NCBI GenBank assembly: GCA_000934665.2
Contig: JYFJ02004046.1
Span: 1 to 35,314 of the forward strand
Length of the DNA stretch: 35,314 nt
Direction: 5' to 3'
From: Catajapyx aquilonaris
Taxonomy: Eukaryota
In this document: positions 23,860-33,830 of the stretch, in pieces
Position numbering within the stretch: the first letter of the stretch is position 1
Layout of the letters: each line of letters begins with the position of its first letter
The notes under the pieces: model-generated
Told to the model about the DNA's origin: nothing
The model's database searches: none
What the model saw: only the letters and a program-made list of their open reading frames with translations
Made by a program: the position numbers and the translations under genes

Positions 23860-24978
23860 AATACATGTTCTAGGCCATGTTCTTTGCTTGATAGATTTTC
23901 AAAATAATTTTATTGGTCATCTGGACAAACCATTGGTGGTATGCACACCTTCACATTAAGCTGAGTCTGATCATAGAGTTTTTCTTTCGACTCTAACCAG
24001 TCTTAAGTCAAATTTTCTTGCACTGGTAAGACATGTTCTAATCCATGTTTATTGCTTAGTTTTTTTTAAAGAATTTCATTGGTCGCCTTGAGGAACACTA
24101 TCCAGCTTTACCCCAAACACTAGACAGGATCGTACCTGTATTTGCTAAGAGCAACACGATTCGACCTAGAAATGGTCCTAACCTGAAACCTTCTTTTACT
24201 TTATCCCTAGTTTTTAAGGATTCCAACCAGGAAATGTTATTCGAGCTTCTGAAGCTACGTATAGAGGGGGGGAGCTTGTATTTTGAATGGAAAAGGAGGA
24301 AAGGGAGGGTTTTTGGTGTGGAGGGGGAGGGGGTCTTACTGTGCCAAAGGAAGTTTGCTTCCGAGAACTTTGCACAAGAAGGGGGTGCCCTCAAGTTTCC
24401 CTAAAAGGGTGCTCTCTAATGAAGTTCGGGGGGGGGGGGGNGGCAAAGGAAGGCCCCCTTTCCCTCTACCCACTCTCCCAATCCCTCTCCCCACCACCTC
24501 TTTCACCGCCAGCCCCTCCCAAATGATACTGCTAGAGAAAGTTGGCGGTGAATTAGACTACTAGCGAACTGCATTTTCACCTAATTACTTTCAATTAAGT
24601 GCAATTCTTTAAGTCATAATGGCATCTGGGAGGGATTCGTTGAGACCGTTTGATTACCGTTAACTGCGTTCGGAAATAAAATGATTGATTGCTAATGAGT
24701 GGAGGGTGGCAGTTAACAAGTAAATAGTTCGTTGAAATGACGCCTGACAAAAAGGCAGGAGAGAGCAAATAATTGAGGTATTTAAAATTAACATTATATC
24801 ACGCCCATTGGTCTAATTAGGTACAGAAATATTCATTCGTGGGCAGATTTTAATAAGCAAATTAACAATGGATGAAAAATGTAATTAAGCGTGACTAGAA
24901 ATGGGCTCGTGTTTTTTTCACTAATGAGTAGTTAGCGAAAAAGTATTGAAATAACTCTCCAACTGCTGTTACGTATAA

Positions 24979-24984
24979 TTTATT
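24979..24984 (-). terminator. Candidate polyadenylation signal AATAAA of the minus-strand gene
   Basis: TTTATT on the + strand about 70 nt past the stop codon. Confidence 0.45.
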
Positions 24985-25052
24985 CCAAATCAGCATTATG
25001 ATGAGCAGATATTAATTTTTATAAGTCATATTGGTGCACATTTAGTGTTGCT

Positions 25053-25149
25053 CTAGAAGCTATCAGGGTCATCTCGACGAAAGTCCCGACTCATTGGACG
25101 ATGACGTGACATATACTTATTTCGTGTCAGCAGTCCTCTTGTGGAGAAC
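25053..25149 (-). CDS. Exon 9, terminal (FSTRGLLTRNKYMSRHRPMSRDFRRDDPDSF*)
   Basis: Acceptor TTTTCAAAATAG|, phase 2, TAG stop, AATAAA about 70 nt downstream. Confidence 0.6.
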
Positions 25150-27382
25150 CTATTTTGAAAATAGTGTACTCATAAATCTAAAATTGCCAAAGTGAATCAC
25201 TCAGTCACACAGTCACACAATCACACAGTCACACAGTCACACAATCACACAGTCACACAGTGAATCATTCCCAAGTGAATCACACTTACAGTGATGATTG
25301 GTCAACACTAGGGCTACTTCGGGAGTATGGACGCACCAATTCCATATCGATGTTGTGATTGGTTGAACTAGGAGTACTATTGCTAGAATGACCCTCAGAA
25401 AATTCTAGTAGAGACGTATGTCTATCTGGTATGCTTCTAGATTGGGCCCTCCATGTTGGCTTCCAGGAAAGTGCTGCGTCGAACAACCTTCGACTTTCAA
25501 TGTCCAATATACTGTTCTGAAATCTTCGAGTTGTTAGAACCATGTTAAGTTATAAGACAAGTTTTTACCTCATGATTTTCAGGATGACGTGTTCTTTGAG
25601 GCATTTGAGGGGACTGGTACGATGCTGGGTACATGCCGGATATGGGATATTCTTCAGGATGAGTATTGAGATTAGGTTTCTCTATGGTCCATCTGAGGAA
25701 ACATAAGTTAACAACAATAGAATTTTTAAGTCAAATGCATGCGTACGTTTGTTTGGAGTAGAACTTGGCAATTTCTTCGTTAACAGGAGTGTCATCATGC
25801 AAATTCCATCCCATCTCTGCAATGATGTCCTTAGCATCTTCGTTGTCTTTCCTTAAAGACTCAGCAACCACCTCAAACTGATTGAAATGTGACACCATAT
25901 TGTCCAGCACTTGAGTTGACATACGAATCGCCTCCAGAGTGTCACTCCAATTGGTGACAATAATTTTTTCCATCACTGTGCTCTTTTTCATCCACTTAAA
26001 TTCTTGCAACAGAATTGGTGAGGCCACATGGGCTTTCCTAGATGAGTACAATTGATGGTAGAATCAAAATAAATTGTGAGACTGAGAATGGTATGACGTC
26101 ACGTTCAGCCACCCGCATGCTCAGCGCAGCGGAGTGATTCGGGGCCTTGATTGGCCGGAGTGGAGGCGGGTGGCTGAACGTAACGTCATACCATTCTGTA
26201 GTTTACAAAATGGAAGTGTACTGAACTGTTTCAGGATCCATGCTTCTTTCTGGAGGTTCATGAGGAAATTCAGAGTATTTCTGACCTTGATTGAAGGCAC
26301 ATTTGCACTGTTGAAAAATATTGTTAAAATATGACAAATTAAATTTGACCCCATATTTACCTGAGGTAACTTAAGAAGCGATACACATCATCATTCGGCT
26401 TGTATTGTTGCCATAGTCGTAACAACCAGTGGTACAAATTTCGGATACTGATCAGATGCTTCTGCGCATCATGATGACACAAATGTAATTCGTCAATCAA
26501 CTCCTGTTGTTCTGCAGTTACACCAGGCATGCCATGAGCTGTCAGTATGTTGATCATCAACACATGTGCGTTTCCAAAGTTCAGAGTGTGACTGTGATGC
26601 CATGCGATACACCGACGTATGCACTTCATCAGACCTTCTTCTTTCCTACATAAAAAGTACGTTGTTACACCCAAATTTGTACAACTGATACTGACTTACT
26701 TCACAAGTTTGACAACTTCCTTCATGAAGAGACGAGTTAGCGTAGTAGATTCGAGGTCACTATGAACTCTAGAGGTCGCCACTGACGATTGGCGACCAGG
26801 AAGAAGTCGTCCACTCATAGAACGATCTGATACATACTTCTTAGGTAACAAGTGGCGAATTCTTACTGAAGAATTCTCATTGACCTGATTGGAAGCTGAG
26901 AGGACAACAATAAAATATATGCTAACTACAATCAGAATTGTTTACATACCACAATGTGATTCGAATGTCTCTGGAGGCTTGGTATAATTGCGAGCCTTTT
27001 GTTGGCTGGGATCTCCATCACTGTTATGCTATTGGGGGATATTAATATTAACATTGAACCATGTTTTAAGTATGTAGCATAGTACCTGGCAGTTATTTGA
27101 TGTACTGGGTTTACTATCAGGGATTTCCAACGATTTGCCTTCATCTAGTTCTAAAACTGACAACAATATTTTTTGGAGTTCAGAACCCATATTCGACTCC
27201 TTTTGTTCTATAAGTTCTTTCACTTTGTTCTCAAGAGTCGCGATTTTTAAGTCTACATATCGCAAAGTGTCCTGGCAGTTGCAACTTGTCCTCTCTGTCA
27301 CTTGAGTACTTTCATCATCAGGTTCTTCTGAAGTGTTGTTATTATCGGTAGCATCCCATGGAAGACCTTCATCAGCCTCCAT
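25053..27382 (-). CDS. Spliced 9-exon gene model, uncharacterised protein of about 563-565 aa (possibly transposon-borne, or recently frameshifted)
   Basis: Exons 27382-27086, 27028-26950, 26895-26700, 26645-26361, 26307-26207, 26037(or 26032)-25747, 25692-25569, 25516-25290, 25149-25053. GT-AG introns of 57, 54, 54, 53, 169(174), 54, 52 and 140 nt. Phases match at 7 of 8 junctions and splicing removes the in-frame stops. ATG at 27382, TAG ending 25053, AATAAA at 24984-24979. Confidence 0.8.
25190..25285. repeat. (CAGTCACA)n microsatellite inside intron 8
   Basis: 8-bp units bracketed by AAGTGAATCAC at 25190 and 25273. Confidence 0.9.
25290..25516 (-). CDS. Exon 8 (NSILDIESRRLFDAALSW...SVDQSS)
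   Basis: Acceptor ATTTCAG|, donor CT|GTAAGT. If unspliced, it ends at TAA 25288-25286. Confidence 0.75.
25569..25692 (-). CDS. Exon 7 (WTIEKPNLNTHPEEYPISGMYPASYQSPQMPQRTRHPENHE)
   Basis: Acceptor TTTCCTCAG|, donor GAG|GTAAAA, 124 nt, phase 2 to 0. Confidence 0.75.
25747..26037 (-). CDS. Exon 6 (KAHVASPILLQEFKWMKK...EIAKFYSKQT)
   Basis: Acceptor CATCTAG| (or AAAG| 5 nt later), donor AC|GTACGC. Matches ORF 25731..26051. Confidence 0.78.
26085..26197. mobile_element. 113-bp GC-rich MITE inserted in intron 5
   Basis: AGAATGGTATGACGTCACGTTCAGCCACCCGC...GCGGGTGGCTGAACGTAACGTCATACCATTCT (32-bp inverted repeat, 1 mismatch). TSD unclear. Confidence 0.82.
26207..26307 (-). CDS. Exon 5 (SANVPSIKVRNTLNFLMNLQKEAWILKQFSTLPF)
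   Basis: Acceptor TTTTTCAACAG|, donor T|GTAAAC. The phase of the downstream junction is ambiguous, and a second frame is also open here. Confidence 0.62.
26361..26645 (-). CDS. Exon 4 (KEEGLMKCIRRCIAWHH...VYRFLSYL)
   Basis: Acceptor TTTTTATGTAG|, donor AG|GTAAAT, 285 nt open. Matches ORF 26357..26674. Confidence 0.8.
26700..26895 (-). CDS. Exon 3 (ASNQVNENSSVRIRHLLPKKY...LFMKEVVKLV)
   Basis: Acceptor TTGTCCTCTCAG|, donor AA|GTAAGT, 196 nt open, phase 1 to 2. Confidence 0.78.
26950..27028 (-). CDS. Exon 2 (HNSDGDPSQQKARNYTKPPETFESHC)
   Basis: Acceptor CAATAG|, donor G|GTATGT, 79 nt, phase 0 to 1. Confidence 0.75.
27086..27382 (-). CDS. Exon 1 (MEADEGLPW...PSTSNNCQ), acidic N-terminus plus probable coiled coil
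   Basis: 297 nt from ATG to CAG|GTACTA donor. LRYVDLKIATLENKVKELIEQ has a heptad-like pattern. Confidence 0.78.
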
Positions 27383-28099
27383 TGTTAATTTTTTTAACTA
27401 ATTTGGTTGGCAACTACAATAAGTGACAAATATTTTAACATTAGATCACCAGTATTGATAACTTATTTAAAAATGGTACCAACAATGAAACCATAACAAA
27501 ATAGGTTAGGTATCACTGCAAATAGTAGAGCTCTTGATTTTACTTTCCTCAACAGAATGAATTATTCATTGTTGCTTTTTCTCATCATAAAAATGAACAC
27601 TAGTTGAAATGTTGTTGCATACGGTTCGAATGAGCACATTTCCGGAAATAACACCAAACTGAGTTAATTTTCATACCATATGTGATGCATGCTTTAAGCA
27701 CGCAACTATGCTTCGTAAAATGTAAAAATAAATACACATACCTTAATTTTGATTAATGTTTGACGATCGTAAAATTTTGACCTGCCGAAGTTCCGCCAAA
27801 TTTTGGCAATAATAACATGTTTAACTTGAGTTTCCTAGGCAATCTTACAACAATGGTGTACACTGTGGCCAGATTCAATGTGGCAACACTGCTGGTTGCC
27901 ATGGAGCTATGTACTGTACGGCTACTATTACATGCTCTAGTATTTTCACATCTGACAGTATTGATAAAACTATAACATATAAAGTGTACGATTTTATCCA
28001 CTATTTTTATTAAATTTACATTGTTGATTCTAACATGACCTCACGTACCTCAATAATTGGAGCAAGGTAAATCCACACTCAAATTCCGCCTCTCTAGCG

Positions 28100-28400
28100 A
28101 TGATATGCTAACCATTTTGCCTCCCAAACAACTCATTTGAATTTCGCCCCACAAAATGGCTGCACATGCAAACCGCGTTACGGCATTTACCCACCATTGT
28201 ATACTGTATAGTATACAGCATAGAGAGCAAGCTTTGGTTTGAGAATTACATCCGAGCTCCCCCCTCCCTCCCCCACCCCACCCTACACACTACATTAATA
28301 TTACAACTAACCCTTCATTAGCCGGATTGGGCCTGGCCACTTAGAATATCCGCCATTTTGGGAATACTGATAGGACTGCATTGTAGTGTAATTATCCTCG
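28100..28400 (-). promoter_or_regulatory. Candidate promoter of the minus-strand gene
   Basis: YY1-type CAAAATGGCGG (28360-28350, minus strand), a second AAAATGGCTG at about 28153, a CCAAT at about 28326-28330 (minus) and a C-rich box at about 28260-28283. Motif inference only. Confidence 0.3.
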
Positions 28401-28468
28401 TTACGCGTGCCATTCGAGTGCTCGCTGTTTTGCGGTCTGGTAAAACCCGTCTATGTCAAAAGGCTACC

Positions 28469-29520
28469 AATCACAATAAATTTGGTCAGGATTAGGACCA
28501 CCTCCTTCACTCATAAAGGCGCTGTTAATAAATTTAACTCATTTGCCAGCACTTAATAACTTTAACATATTTGCTACACCATGTAATACCCACAAGTACC
28601 AAAATTAGTCCGACTATTGCACGCATATGGGAAAGTCCAACCGTTAACTGTTCTGTTCATCTCTGGCAGCCTACGGTTAACGGTTTTCGTCAATATTAAC
28701 CCTGTTAATAAATTTACCCTGTTTGCCAGCGCGTAATAGCTTTTGTATATTTGATACACCCTGTAATACCCGCAGGTACCAAAATTAGTCAGATTATTGC
28801 ACGCATCTGGGAAAGAACCAACCGTTAACTGTTGCGTCCATCTTGGAAGCCCAACCGTTAACCGTTAACGAATCATCTTCCTTTAACAAAGCATATTTAA
28901 GCGAAGTAGATGGGAAAACGACCAATCAAAATAAATTTGGTCAAGATTAGTGCCACTTCCTTCACTCATAAAGGGGCTGTTAATAAATTTAACAAATTTT
29001 TAACAATATTTAACTTCAACCCATTTCCTACACCCTGTAATACCTGCATGTACCAAAATTAGTCATAAAATTGCACTCATCTGGGAAACAACGACCGTTA
29101 ACTGTTTTCTGGAAGCCCAACGGTTAACTGTTAACGGTTTTCCAGCTCTTAATAACATCAACACATTTGTTACACCTTGTAATACCCGCAAGTACCAAAA
29201 TTAGTAAGATCATTGCACTCATCTGTGATAGAGCGACCGTTAACTGCTTGCTGGAAGCCCAACGGTTAACGGTTTTCGTCCGTCTTAGCCCTGTTAATAA
29301 CTTCAACATGTTTGCTACACCTTGTAATACCCGCAGGTACCAGAATTAGTCATAAAATTGCACTCATCTGGGAAAGAACGACCGTTAACTGTTTTCTGGC
29401 AGCCCAACGGTTAACGGTTAACGGTTTTCGTTCATCTTTGGCCCTTCCGACCATGCGCCACGATCTTCCTTCCTTTAACGAAGCATATTTAAGCGAAGTA
29501 GATGGCAAAGTTGCTTTATG
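28469..29520. repeat. Complex higher-order tandem repeat (143-180-bp core units rich in CCGTTAAC), possibly Helitron-derived
   Basis: TACACC.TGTAATACCCGCAGGTACCAAAATTAGT cores at about 28575, 28755, 29029, 29172 and 29316. Flanking blocks are duplicated at 28469/28921 and 28876/29468. Confidence 0.85.
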
Positions 29521-30095
29521 CAAAACCAGAATGCAGACCATCTGTCGCGACTTGGCCCCGACGGCCATATTTCCTCCCGGGGACTTCCCCGTTATTATCT
29601 CTTCCTCTCGAAGTTTGGTCGGCCTCCGGATAAAAGATGTGGCTTCTTGGTAACCGCCAGCACCACCCCGAAAGCAAATCCGGCGGCCCCCTTCTCCATT
29701 TATAACAGTAGAAAATTGGACAGTGGCTTGCCTAAGGAGAAACAAAGACGGGTTGGCAGGGGGTGGGAGGGACAAGGGGGCAGTAAAACATGGCGGAGCT
29801 TCCGGGTGATGTACGAGGAGTTTGAAGTGGAAGCCATGGCCAATTAAAGTTATCCGGGTCAGTTTGATTTTGCTTTTGTTTCCCTTAGGTCAGGGTTGAT
29901 TAGAATGCTCAGGAAGTTCCAGAATATATTGCGTAGAGCTAGTGCACTACAGTGTAGATTGAATAGCACTATACAAAATTGGGAAGGAACTTGTAATCTG
30001 TTTCATATTATATTGTGCATATTACATTTGGTAGAAAGAGTTAATCATGATAGTACAGTGTTCTAATGCATAGGATTAACATAATCCAACTTCAA

Positions 30096-30511
30096 AGGGA
30101 CACTCCACTCAAAAAACAAGTTTCGCTCTAAAAATCGGGCAAAAAATCCTGAATCCGAAGGTGCAATCCGTTTTTCGCTACGCGGAACGGTAATCCCAGT
30201 GCCAGGGGTCAAAGTGGGGAAATTCAAATAGTGCGCTATATAAGCTGGCCGTCCGCCAGTGACGCCCTCGGGACCTTGGGAACTGGAGGGCTGCTCCCGC
30301 CTGCCCGCGCGCTTAGGCCCATACCAGAGCGGTGCAGCCCTCCAGTTCCCCTGCTCCCCGCGTGGCGGCGCCGCTCATTAGCAGACGACACGCTTTGACC
30401 CATCGCCCTGGGATTACCATTCCGCGTAGCGAAAAACTAATTGCACCGTCGGATTCAGGATTTTTTGCCCGATTTTTAGAAACAAACTTGTTTTTTGAGT
30501 GGAGTGTCTCT
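30096..30511. mobile_element. Kolobok-like MITE (AGG termini, TTAA-type TSD), ~105-bp TIRs, GC-rich core
   Basis: TCAA|AGGGACACTCCACTCAAAAAACAAGTTT...AAACTTGTTTTTTGAGTGGAGTGTCTCT|TTAA. Confidence 0.82.
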
Positions 30512-30749
30512 TTAAGTACAAAGGGCAGTTACTGACTGTTAACTGAGTAAGTCACATTTGAGCCAACAACTGATACTTTGACTAAATTACAACTGGTAAA
30601 GCACTCGTAATTTATCTAAAATAATGTGGGTGAGACGAAAATTATTTTCGTCCCACTGCAGCTACTGTACAGCTAACTTAGCAGTAACCATTCCCAACAC
30701 TGGCACTGCTTAGAAGTAACTAGCAGTGGGGCGAATATTCCACCCTGAA

Positions 30750-31875
30750 TCTAGAGTCTAGAATGTTTGCACCCGAATATTTGCACTAGATCGTTTGTAC
30801 TTAAACATTTGCTCTCATCATTTTCACAACTAGAGCAAATGTTACTGATTCTAGTAAAAATGATGAGAGCAAATGTTTAAGTACAAACTATCTAGAGTCC
30901 AGATCGTTTGTACTAAAACATATATTTCTTGCTACCCCGTGATAAAGCTCGTGGCCCTCTTAGGGGGGAAGGGGAAGTTCCCAAGGGAGGGCGCCGTGCG
31001 ATAGTCATTTCTGACATTCTTTAACACCAGGCCTTTTCTCCTGGCCCCGAGCAGAGAAGGGAGTGCAATTATTCTGCTCCGGCATGTCGGGTGAAAATCG
31101 GAAAAAGACCCGGCCAAGCAGAGGTGACGGGGACGGGATTTGAACCCCGGCCTCCCGCTTCGCTGGCCAGCGGCGTAACCACTAGACCCCCCCCCCCCCC
31201 ATTTTTGCTATATAATATCTCAAATCATTTGTACTAGAAATCTAGAGCAAATGTCGTAGTACTCTACAAACGATCTAGAGCAAATGTCGTAGACTCGTAT
31301 TACTGTACAAACGATCTAGAGCAAATGTCGTAGACTCGTATTACTGTACAAACGATCTAGAGCAAATGTCGTAGACTCGTATTACTGTACAAACGATCTA
31401 GAGCAAATGTCGTAGACTCGTATTACTGTACAAACGATCTAGAGCAAATGTCGTATTACTGTACAAACGATCTAGAGCAAATGTCGTAGTACTGTAACTT
31501 ACAAACGATTTAGAGCAAATTTTCTAGTAAGCCTACAAACGATCTAGAAGAGTCTATATCGTCTGTAGGCCTACAAACGATCTACAGTCTTTATCGTCTG
31601 GAGGCCTACAAACGATCTAGAGTCTTTATCGTCTGGAGGCCTACAAACGATCTGAGTCTTTATCGTCTGGAGGCCTACTAGGCTTCTAGAAATTTGCTCT
31701 AAATAGTTTGTAGGTTATTAGGACATATGCTCTGACCGTTTGTACTAAAACATTTATTATAGATCGTTTGTACTGAAACATTTGCTCTAGATCGTTAGTA
31801 GGCCTACTAGAACATTTGCTCCGACCCTTCGTACCGAAACATTTTCGGTCACCATTTGTACCAGAAAATTTGCTA
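30750..31875. repeat. TCTAGA-rich satellite in both orientations (41-bp and ~35-bp units), interrupted by a SINE
   Basis: TACAAACGATCTAGAGCAAATGTCGTAGACTCGTATTACTG x4-5 at 31266-31470. Inverted copies at 30786-30920 and 31690-31870. Confidence 0.88.
30933..31190 (-). mobile_element. tRNA-derived SINE family B
   Basis: Minus strand GGTCTAGTGG (A box) and GGTTCAAATCC (B box). Its 3' end resembles the family A tail. Confidence 0.78.
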
Positions 31876-32984
31876 AGGTTTAACACGTACTTCGTCCAAC
31901 ATTATTTTCCTGACAACGTAATTTCGTATGACGCGGTATTTCACACACGCTTTATTGTGTTGCATACCCTGCATTTGAATTCGTCCCATCCATTGTACAC
32001 TCCCAAAACAACTTTTTTGCATTGTCATTATGATGATGGACAGCGTTTTGTCCGCGTCGACAGTTTAATATCAATTTTGCAGGCCTCTCTTGGCTTTAAA
32101 TTTAACGTCCCCCTGCAATTCCTGAACACCATATGATTTCACGCAACAGCATAAACCATCAACAATGTATCATAAACCCTGAGGCGTGACTAGCCCGTCG
32201 TTTCCTAGCTTTTTATAAAGAGCCTATAAGGAGGTAGGGTGCCTGTAAAACTTTATGATGTTGTTACAGGAAGCGATGGGAGGGACTTTATGTCGTCAAA
32301 TAGCCGCTATGTTGTTAGACCCTGATGGCAGATTAATACGTGACTTATTGTCGCTATCTCAACGATAAAGACTCTAAAGGGACCTTTGCAACACCCGATA
32401 CATAACTTGTACTTGGATGTTTATGTAAATCAAGATGGTGGCTCTTCAAGACTCGACAGGACCCTGTAAGAGTCGATTGGAAAGCATGAGTGTCGTCAGG
32501 TCGTCATCGACATGGAAACGAAAACCATTTCCAACCACCGGAACCTTTCCCAGAGCAGTAACGACTACGACACCGACGGCGAAAATGGACGAGAGGATTT
32601 GAGCCAATCGTCGCTCATTGCTTCTCAACGATGGGGCTTAGGAAATAACCGTTTATCCAACGATTTTTTTTTCTGGACTAAAGATGGCGCCAGGATGAGA
32701 TTATACGAAATGAAAAATATATCGTCATCAGCTGTTCCATTACAAATGGAGAGCAATCGTAAAATGCTGAATGCATGTCAACAGCAACCGTGATCGACAC
32801 TCAGTTCGAGTTGATGCCATCTTCATCATATGGAGTGGTACTCTAAAGTCGGCCATGTCTGGTCCGGATATGTACAGGGTGCTATTTGAATAATATATAC
32901 TGAAACCTGTGAAGTTGGACATTTTTCGTTGAACCGTCAGTGTCCAACATAGACAGGTTTCACTGTATAGGCTAGTGCATAATA

Positions 32985-33208
32985 TGTTATGCGCAAACCT
33001 CGAAAACGGTCAATGAGCGAAAAAACGAGCATTTCGCGGTATGCGCACTTTAAAACAGACAGATCGCGAAATGCTCACTTTAAAACAGACAGATCGCGAA
33101 ATCCTCACTTTAAAATGGGAAAATCGCGAAATGGATGGTTTGAAAAGAGAATTTAGCGAAATGCTGTTTTTTTCGCTCAATGGCCGTTTTCGTGGTTTGA
33201 GCCTAACA
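32985..33208. mobile_element. MITE with ~55-bp TIRs, TA flanks and an internal 30-bp tandem repeat
   Basis: TA|TGTTATGCGCAAACCTCGAAAACGG...CCGTTTTCGTGGTTTGAGCCTAACA|TA. Confidence 0.8.
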
Positions 33209-33277
33209 TATACAGTGAGACCTGTAAAGATGGACACCTCCCTATGTTGGACATTTTGTCGTGTAACTATCAAAATA

Positions 33278-33655
33278 CAGTGAAAACTATCTATGTTGGA
33301 CACTGACCCGCCAGTAGCAGTATTGGTTTTCTTTTTACGAGCACAGTCCGGATGTAGTAGACCTTTTACAGCCACACTTCGGATATAGTAGACGAAAGTA
33401 CCACGCCAGATGATCCATGCCGTTATTTTAACGACTTTTAACGTCAATTTTATGTCAAATAACGACTATTGTACCGTTAAGACGATAGTTTGACGTGAAA
33501 CTGACGTTAAAAGTCGTTAAAATAGCGTCAGGGATAATCTGCCGTGACATTCTGGTCTACTATATCTGAAGTGTACCCGTAAAAAGGTCTACTATATCCG
33601 GACTGTACCCGTAAAAAGAAAACCAATATTACTGTCAGTGTCCAGCATATGCCTA
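33278..33655. mobile_element. pogo/Tigger-like MITE (TA|CAGTGAAA end), long hairpin; related remnants at 32899-32968, 33213-33270 and 33855-33900
   Basis: TATGTTGGACACTGAC...TATTGGTTTTCTTTTTACG is mirrored by CGTAAAAAGAAAACCAATA...GTCAGTGTCCAGCATA. The right terminus is diverged. Confidence 0.72.
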
Positions 33656-33689
33656 CGGTTAAACCGAACACTTGTCACCAAGTGGTTAA

Positions 33690-33830
33690 CCACTTCGGTA
33701 CTCCAGTGTACACCTGCAGTGGTACTCCCAGGTACTCCTTAGGTACCTTACTCTTTGGTACTTCTTGGTACCACTTGAATTTGGTGCCGTACTCCTTGGG
33801 TACTCCAGTGTACACATTACAGTCGAGTGG
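33690..33830. mobile_element. piggyBac-like MITE (TTAA TSD), copy 2
   Basis: TTAA|CCACTTCGGTACTCC...GTCGAGTGG|TTAA. Confidence 0.78.

Noticed and set aside
27029..27031. Premature stop implying a pseudogene in the first ORF
   Set aside because: The TAG is the acceptor of a 57-nt intron. The TAA codons at about 26698 and 26359 likewise lie in donor sites.
29312..29847. Overlapping ORFs of 109-141 aa
   Set aside because: They partly run through the tandem repeat, with no coherent gene structure or homology signal.
32446..32922. Possible coding exon (METKTISNHRN...)
   Set aside because: No convincing splice sites, partner exons or recognisable similarity. An exon of a long-intron gene cannot be fully excluded.
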